Below are positions 1 through 9,000 of a stretch of 64,000 bases of DNA, piece after piece; position 1 is the first letter of the stretch, and every line of letters starts with the position of its first letter. Position numbers and translations under genes: made by a program. The stretch is from Magnetospirillum sp. 15-1 (GTDB taxonomy: Bacteria; Pseudomonadota; Alphaproteobacteria; Rhodospirillales; Magnetospirillaceae), in contig NZ_FXXN01000026.1 of NCBI RefSeq assembly GCF_900184795.1, positions 314,064-378,063 of the forward strand. Reading direction: 5' to 3'. The notes beneath the pieces are model-generated. The model ran no database searches and was not told where the DNA came from. It was given only the letters and a program-made list of their open reading frames with translations.

Positions 1-1
1 G

Positions 2-3000
2 CCGGTCCAGGCGGTTTTCCTGCTCGCCCCCGCCCCCGAGATCGCCGCCGCCCTTCGCGGTGCCGGCATCGCCATCGAGGCCCCGGCGGCGGCGGACGGC
101 GACGATCTCTCGCGCATCGAAGCCATGCGCCGGAATGCGCTGGCCGCCTTGGCGGCGGGCAAGCCCCTGGCCTCGGTCGGCTGGACCGACGATCCCTTGG
201 GTCTGGCGGGAGCCGCGATGCTGGCGGCCCTCGCCGCCGAGGAACCGGGTCTGAAACTGGTGTCGGCGGCAGTCGAGCCGGAATTGCGACATTCGGCCCA
301 TCTCGCCGAGGCGTTGGCGACGGTGCTGGGAGCCTTCGAGCTCGGCCACCGGGAATGGCGCATCGGCCTCGGCGGGGACGGGAGGCCGGTCTGGCGGACG
401 CGCCGTTTCCTGGCGGTGGAAACGGCCCCGGCGGTCCCGCCGCCGCAGGGTGGCGTCTGGCTGATCACCGGCGGCGGCGGCGGGCTCGGCGCGATCTTCG
501 CCCGCCACCTTGCCCGGACGGGCGCGGCACTGGCGCTGGTGGGCCGCAGGCCCCCGGATCAGGGCATCCAGGCCTTGCTGGCGGAGCTTCGCCGGATGGG
601 CGCGCGGGCGGAGTACCGTGCCGCCGACGTCGCCGACAGCGGTTCGCTCGGGGCGGCGCTCGGCCAGCTCAGGACTCTCCTGGGGCCCTTCACCGGGGTG
701 ATCCATGCGGCCGGAGTGCTCGACGACCGCCGGTTCGGCGACAAGACGGCGGAAAGTTTCAGAAGGGTGGTCTCGCCCAAGGTGGTGGGCGCACGCCTCC
801 TCGATCACCTTACGGAAGCAGACCCGCTGGAGCATTTCGTCCTGTTCTCTTCCGCCGCGCCGTGGATGGGCGGGGCCGGACAGACGGATTACGCCTTCGC
901 CAATCGGTATTTGGACGAATTCGCCCTTTGGCGGGAACGGCGGCGGCGGGACGGCGGGTGTCCGGGGCGGACCATCGCCATCGACTGGACGCTGTGGCGG
1001 GATGGCGGAATGCGCCCGGACAGCGCGGCACTGGAGATGCTGTCCCGGGAAACGGGGCTGGATGCCCTGGCCGAGGCGGCGGGAACGGCCGCCTTCGACC
1101 GGGCCCTGGCCCTGGCGGGGGCGCAGGTACTGGTGGCTTCGGGCCCTTCCGACGCGCCGGCCTTGTGCCGTCTTCGCGGGGAAGCCCCGCCCACCCGGCC
1201 CGGAGCCCAACTCGCCGCCCGGCCCCTGGTGGAGATCGTCGTCGAGGCGATGCGGCTGGACACCCCGCCCGAACCCCACCAGGACCTGCGCGATCTCGGC
1301 CTCAGTTCCATCACCGCCATCCGGCTGGTCAACCTGCTGAAAGAGTGTTTCGGGACGGCGCCCAGGGTGGGCGACATCCTCGCCAATCCGACGCTCGCCG
1401 CGCTGAGCGCCACCGTGGCGACGGCGGCTCCGCGGCCCGAATCCCCATTCTCCGAGGGCCAGAAGGCTCTGTGGACCCACTATCGGCTGGCGCCGGACAG
1501 CGCCGCGTACAACATGCCCCTGGCGCTCCGGCTGGACCCGGCCGTGGATGCGGCCCGGCTGCGCGACGCGGTGTTGCGGGTCGCCGCCGCGACCCCGGCC
1601 TTGCGTGCCCGCTTCAAGGATGATTCCCCGGAGCCGGTCCAGGTGGCCGACGACCGGCCGCCGGAGGTGGCCCTGACCCGGTTGGGGGCCGTGGCGGAGG
1701 CGGACCTGACCGAAATGCTCCGGCGGGCCGCCAAGGCGCCGTTCCGCCTCGAGGAGGAGCCCGCCTTCCGCGCCCATGTCTTCGTCGATGCCGAGCCCGG
1801 GCCGATCCTGCTGGCGGTGTTCCACCACATCTCGTTCGATGGCGTCTCGATCCAGCTGTTTCTCGACGCGCTGGGGGCGGCGTTGGCGGACAGGCCCGTG
1901 CCCCCGGCCGCGCCCTATGCCGATTTCGTGGACTGGCAGCGGCGCCACCTGGCGAGCGCCGAGGCGGAACGAGAGCTGGAGTGGTGGCGGTCGGAACTGG
2001 CGGCGCCCATCGCGCCGCTCGACCTTCCCACTCCGCTGAGACCGCGTCCCTCCCGGCCCGGCTCCGACGGCGCCACCCTTGCCGTGACGCTCGATCCGGC
2101 GCTGGTGACCGGCATGCGCGAGGCGGCGCGCCGGACCGGCGTCACCCCCTTCACCGTCGCCCTGGCCGCCTGCCGGACGCTGCTCGCCACCTATGTCGAG
2201 GGCGGTCCCGTCCGGCTGGCCGTTCCGGTGACGCTCCGGCCGGAGCCCGCCCTGGCCGGGACCATGGGCCATCTGGTCAACATGGTGGTGATCGGCGACC
2301 AGACCCGGCCGGACGAGGATGTCGCCTCTTCGCTGCGCCGGTTGGGCGGCAAGGTGACGGCGGCCCTGGACCGCTCCGGCGTGCCCTTCTCCATGGTGCA
2401 ACGGGCCGTGGCCGAGGCGCGGGGACGGCCCACGGCCCTGTCCGAGATGTTTCACGGCGCCTTCTACTACCAGGATTGGCTGGCGAGGACGCCGGCCGGA
2501 AACGGCTTTTCCTATCGTCCGCTGCCCGGTATCCACCATGAGGGCGAGTTCGAGTTGGTGGTCGAAGTGTTCGCGGCCGCCGACACGACCGAATTGCGGG
2601 TGAAGTACGATCCCCTGCGGATCGACCCCGGCACGGCCCGATTGCTGGCGGATCGCTATGTGGGATTGTTGGAGCGGCTGGTCGCCGACTCCGCTTCGAC
2701 GCTCGCCCGGCTGGCGGCCCCCACCCCCCGGGAAGCGGAGCGGCTTTCGGCGTGGAACCGCACGGAGGCCGCGCACGATCTTGACGATACGCTGATCCCG
2801 CGTTTCCGGCGCCAGGCCGACGCTTCGCCCGACCGCGAGGCGGTCGCCTGCCGGGGCCGGTCTTTCACCTACCGCGACCTCGACGCGGCGAGCGCCGCTT
2901 TCGCCCGGACCCTGGCGGCGCGGGGAATCGGGAGGGGCGATCGGGTGGGCATCCTGCTGGAACGCTCGGTCGATCTGGTGGCCGCCTTGCTGGGGGTGAT

Positions 3001-6000
3001 GCGCTCGGGGGCGGCTTATGTGCCGCTCGACCCCGCCTACCCCATGGAACGGCTGGCCTATATGGTGTCGGATTCGGGAATGGCGGCCATCGCCACCGGA
3101 CCCGCCCTGGCCGACAGGGCGAGGGAGCTGGGGGCCGAGCCCGTAATGGTCCCCGGGGCCGACGACGCCGGGACCGACGGCGCCGGGACCGGCGGCGAAC
3201 CGCCCGCCCCCCGATCCTCGGACACCGCCTATGTGATCTACACCTCCGGTTCCACCGGACGGCCCAAGGGCGTGGCGGTCAGCCACGGCAACCTGATCAA
3301 TTTCCTGCTGTCCATGGCGGCGAGGCCGGGGCTCTCGGCGGAGGACCGGCTGCTGGCCGTCACCACCATCTGCTTCGACATCGCCGGCCTCGAGCTTTAC
3401 CTTCCCCTTCTGGTGGGGGCGACGGTGGACGTCGCCACCGAGGACGTGGCCCGCGACGGCGTCAGGCTCCGCCGCCAACTGGAAAGCGGCCCGATCTCGG
3501 TCATGCAGGCGACCCCCGCCACCTGGCAGATGCTGCTGGCCGCCGGGTGGCGGCCCAACCTGCGGCGCATGCTGGTCGGAGGAGAGGCCCTGCCGCGCGT
3601 CCTGGCGGAACGCCTGGGGGGCGGGGATGGATTGTGGAACGTCTACGGCCCCACCGAGACGACCATCTGGTCCACGGCCGGCAAGGTGGATATCGGTGGC
3701 CGCGTCACCGTGGGCACCCCCATCGACAACACCCGTATCGCGGTTGTCGACGCCGCCGGCGAGGTGGTGCCGGTGGGGGCGGTGGGGGAACTGCTGATCG
3801 GCGGAGCGGGGGTCGCGCAGGGCTATTGGCGGCAGGCCGATCTCACCGCCGATCGGTTCGTGGACCGGGGCGGGCCGGACGGCCTGGTGGCGAAGTGGTA
3901 CCGCACCGGCGACCTCGCCCGCCTGCTCGCCGACGGGTCCCTGGAGATTCTGGGGCGTAACGACCAGCAGGTGAAGCTGCGTGGGCACCGGATCGAGCTG
4001 GGCGAGATCGAGTCGACGATCATGCGCCATCTGGGCGACGCCGACTGCGCCGTGGTGCTGAGGAGGGATGGTGGCGGCGCCGAGATGCTCACCGCCTTCT
4101 ACGTCCCGGGGACCGACGATCCGCCGCCGGCCCGACGAATGAGGATGCTGGGCCGCTGGCTGCCCGATCACATGATTCCTGCCGGCTGGGTGAAGCTGGC
4201 GGCCCTGCCCCGTACCGACAACCTCAAGACCGACCGCAAGGCTCTGGCCGAGTGGTCGGACACCGGATGCGCCACGGCCCCGGCCGCTCCCCCGGCCCGT
4301 TCCCCGATCACGGCGGCGGGTCTCGGAACCGGCGAGATCGAGACGGCACTGGCCGGAATCGTCGCCGCCCGCGTCGGGCATGACATAACGCCCGCCGATC
4401 TTGCGTCACCCTTCGTTTCGCTGGGGGTGGATTCGGTCAGGGTGGTCGACGTGGTGCGGGACGTGAACGCCCGCTTCGGGCTCGATCTCACCCCCACCGA
4501 CGTCTTCAACCATCCCAGCCTTGCCGCCTTGGCGGGGCGAATCGCCACTCTGATGCCGGCCGCCCCCCCGGTTCGCGGGACGGCGGGGCCGGTCCCGGCC
4601 GGGACCGGCGACGTGGCGGTCATCGGTTATGCCGCCCGCTTTCCCGGCGCCCGGAATGCCGGGAATTTCTGGCGCAACCTCGCCGCCGGCCGGTGCTCCA
4701 TCACCGAAACGCCGGCATCCCGCTGGCGCTGGCAGGACATCTTCGATCCCCGTCCGCAGAATCCCGGCACCAGCTACAGCAAGTGGGGCGCCTATCTCGA
4801 CGATATCGAGATGTTCGACGCCCCGTTCTTCGGCATGCTGGAATTCGAAGCGTCGCGCACCGACCCGCAACAGCGCCTGTTCCTCGAAATGGCCTGGATG
4901 GCGTTGGAGGATGCCGGCTATTCGGGAGCGGCGGTGGACGGGGCCGGCTGCGGGGTCTTCGCCGGCGCCGCCTTCGGGGACTATCACCGGCTGGTCGAGA
5001 AGGCGGGCCATTACGACGCCTTTTCCATGCTCGGCGCCAGCCCGTCGCTCCTTCCCGCCCGCATCGCCTATCTGCTGAACCTCACCGGCCCGACGGTGGC
5101 GGTGGATACCGCCTGCTCGTCCTCGCTGGTGGCGGTGCATCAGGCCTGCCAGAGCCTCAACGCGGGCGAATGCGCCATGGCCCTGGCCGGCGGCGTCTAT
5201 CTTTCGGTCACCCCCCTGGCCCAAATGATCTCGGCGGCGGCCGGCATCCTGTCCGCCGACGGAACGGTCCGGCCCTTCGACGCCCAGGCGGGGGGCATCG
5301 CCATCGGCGAAGGGGCCGGCGTGGTGGTGCTGAAGCCGCTGGACCGGGCGCTGGCCGACGGCGACACGGTTCGCGCCGTGATCAGGGGAAGCGGGGTCAA
5401 CCAGGATGGACGGACCAACGGCATCACCGCGCCCAACGCCCTGTCCCAGGCCGCCCTCATCGCCTCCGTGGCCGAACGGGGCGGAATCGACGCCGGCCGC
5501 ATCTCCTATATCGAAACCCACGGAACGGGCACCCGCCTGGGCGATCCGGTGGAGATCGACGGAATCCGCCGCGCGCTGGGGGGCGGCACGTGCGCGCTGG
5601 GCTCGGTGAAGGCCAATATCGGCCACGCCTATCAGGCCGCGGGCATCGCCGGCCTGATCAAGCTGATCCTGTGCCTGGAGCATCGGCAAATCCCGCCCCA
5701 GATCGGCCTTTCGACCATCAATCCGCTGCTGCGGCTCGACGACGGAGGATTGCGCATCCCCCGCGTGCTGGAAGACTGGAACGCCGGCCCCACCAGGATC
5801 GGCGGCGTCAGCTCCTTCGGCTTCAGCGGCGCGAACGCCCATGTGCTGGTCGAGGAGGCCCCGGCCCCGCCGCCCGTCCCGCCGCCGGCCTCGGGCGATG
5901 TCCCGGATGAGGTGATCGTGCTGTCCGCCCTGGACGAGGACCGGCTGCGGGCCATGGCCGCCAATCTCCGGGAACGCCTGGAAGCGGCCGGCCCGAGCCT

Positions 6001-9000
6001 TGCCGACGTCGCCCATACTCTTCAGGCGGGACGGGCCGTCTTCGCCTGCCGGCTCGGCTTCATCGCCCGATCGACGCATGAGGCGGCGGCGGCCCTCGCG
6101 GCCTTCGCCGCGGGCGACCCGACCGGCCCCCGGTCGGTTACGGTGGTGCCGGGGCGGACCATGGTGGGCGCCGCCGATCCCACCAGCCAGCTCGCCGCCT
6201 GGATGGCCGGCGATACCGTCGATTGGGCCATCCGGCGAGCCCGGCATCCCGCCCGGCGCATTCCGCTTCCCGGCAGCGTGTTGCGGCCGGTGCGCTGCTG
6301 GATCGACGCGGTTCGGGAGGTGGAGGCGCCGGCCCCCCGACCCGCCGCTCCGCCCCCGCCGCGAGACGGTTCCCCGCCCCCGGTACTGTCCATACTGGCC
6401 GAGTACTGCTCGCTCCGGCCGCAGGACCTCACGCCGGAGACCCACCTGGAAGCCGATCTGGGCCTGGATTCCATCCGCCTGATGGGACTGGCGGCCCGTC
6501 TGGTCGCGGTCGGAATCGACATTCCCATGGCGAAGCTGGCGCAGGCGCGGCTGGTGGGCGATCTGGCGGCCCTGGCCGGCGCGTCCCCGCCGCCGCCAGC
6601 TCCGTCCCGGACGGAGAGCGAACCCCGCGTCATCCCGCTCCTGGACGCGCAGATGCTGTTCCTGCTGGGGCACCACCTGATCGATTCCAGCTCGCTGTGC
6701 TCGTGGGTCCGCCTTGGCGGCTCATTCGACCTGGAACTGGCGCGACGGGCTTGGCAGGCCCTGGTGGATCGGGCACCGGCGCTCCGGATCGCCTTCACCC
6801 GGCCGCCGGGGGGAGAGCGGCTGGGCGACATCGGCGCCGTGCTGTGGCCGGCGGAAAGCCGGACGGTTCCTACGCTGGAACTCGAGGAGCTTTCGGCGGA
6901 TGCCGGCGGGCAAGCCCGGCTTCAGGCCTTCTTCGACACCCAGCTCAACCGGGAATGGGATCTGGTGGGGTGGCCCCTTCATCAGTTCCAGGTGCTTCGC
7001 CTGGGAACGGACGACCACATCCTGGCCTTCACCAACGAACATCTGATTTCCGACGGCATCGGCAACCAGGCCGCCCTGCGGGGGTTCCTCGAGATTTACG
7101 GCGCCCTGGCCGAGGGTCGGGAGCCCTCGTGGAACGAGGGGCTGGACGACGGGGCCTATGTGGCCCTCGTCGAAGCCATGAACGCGCGTTGCTTCCCCGA
7201 TGTGGGCGTGGGCACGGGCGACGGCGGCGCTCCCTATTCCTGGAACCCCGAGAGCCGGGCGATCGACGATTTCAGGCCACTCTTCACCAATCGGACGCAT
7301 GTGTTCGAGACCGGCCACACCGACAGGTTGAAGCACGCGGCGGAGCGGCTGGGCGTGTCGATGAACAGCCTGCTGGTGACGGCTTTCGCCCGTGCCGCCC
7401 GGTCGACCGACGGTCGGGGCGGGGACGGCGTGGCGGTGCAGGTCCCCACCGCCGGCCGAACCGTCGGCGGCCACGACGCCGGCCGCATCCTGGGCTGCTT
7501 CGCCCAGAACCTGACCGCCACCTTGCCGGAGGGGGACTGGGCGGAGGCGGCCCGCCGGTTCGCCGATATGCTGGCCGAGGACATGGCCGGCCACCGCGAT
7601 TGGGCGATCACGCGCCAGTTGGCCGGCACCGCCGGCCGCGAGGTCCCCCTGGTGGACGGCCGCGTTCCGGACGTGCTGCGGTCGGCATTCCGCTCCCGGT
7701 TGCGCTCCAATCTCTATGCCCCCTATGTGGGCGAGACCGGCATCGCCGCCCGGTACGGGGGGCTGGCCGTCGCCGGATACCGGGCGGGCACCGTCAACGC
7801 CGCCGGGACCATCGACCTGCTGCACGAGATTTTCCGGGGCCGGCTGCATTCGTCATGGAACTGGGACGCCAAGTTCTTCCCCGCCCAGGTCATCGAGCGG
7901 CTGGAGGCGGCCTTCCTGAGCGAGCTGGACCACGCCATCGCCGCCGCCGAGGATGTTCCGGTTCCTCCCAGGCCGTCCGACGTCCCGTCGGCGGATGGGC
8001 GCCTTGAAACCCTGAAGGCCCTGGCCTCGGAAGTCTGTGGACAGGAGATCACCGACGTTCACGCCGACCTGGAAGTGAATTTCGGCCTGGATTCGCTGAT
8101 GATGGTGCGGCTGGTCACCCGGCTGCCGGCCGGGTGGCTGGCGGGGGTGGAGCGGGGGCGGCTGCTGACCGCGCGTTCGCTCGCCGGCATACTGGCCAGG
8201 CTTGATGGCGCCTCGGCCCCGATGCCGGCCGCGACACCCATCGAGGCGATCACCGCCCAGGCGGCACGGACCCCCGATGCCGTCGCCATCGTGGGTGGGA
8301 AGGAACGGCTCACCTACGCCGAGATGGACCGGCTCGGAACCCGGGTGGCCGAGGCGCTGGTCGCTCGCGGCGTCAAGGCCGGCGACATCGTTGCCGTGCT
8401 GCTTGCCCCCGGCCCGTCATTCCTGGTGGCCGTCCAGGGGATTCTGAAGGCCGGGGCCGCCTATCTGCCGATGGACCCCAGCCATCCCGGCGACCGGCTC
8501 GCCTTCATCGCCGGCCATTCCAAGGCCGGAATACTGCTGACCGAGCCGGGATTGCGGGAGCTTGCCGCCCATGCGGCGGCCCATGGGGTGGAACCCGTCC
8601 TGGTGGACGACCTGACCGGTTGGACCGGCGGTCCCCGCCCGGCATTGCCGGCGATCGATCCCCAGGCGCCCATGGTCGTGCTTTACACCTCGGGCTCCAC
8701 GGGCAGGCCCAAGGGCGTGGTGCTGAACCACCAGGGCTATGCCAACCGCCTGGCCTGGCATCAGGAGCGGTTCCGCCTCCAGCCCGGGGAAGCGGTGCTG
8801 CACAAGACCTCGGCCGGCTTCGACATCTCGGTGTGGGAACTGTTCTGGCCGCTGATGTTCGGCGGCACGGTGCATGCCCTGGAGCGGGCCACGGCCCAGA
8901 ACCCCTGGGCCCTGGCCGATTACGTCCAGGCCCATTCCATCGCCGTCATGCACTTCGTCCCCTCGATGTTCGGGGAGTTCCTGGGTGCGCTGTCGGGCGA

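Noticed and set aside
355-2541. Multiple long alternative-frame ORFs (e.g. 355-1623, 705-1340, 889-1413, 1981-2541) inside the megasynthase
   Set aside because: Arg/Ala/Gly/Pro-rich low-complexity translations typical of off-frame reading in high-GC DNA. They overlap a frame with unmistakable KR/C/A domain motifs.
4406-6676. 756-aa antisense ORF opposite the A1-PCP-KS region
   Set aside because: No domain signatures and extreme Arg/Gly/Ala bias. The opposite strand encodes canonical KS and carrier motifs.
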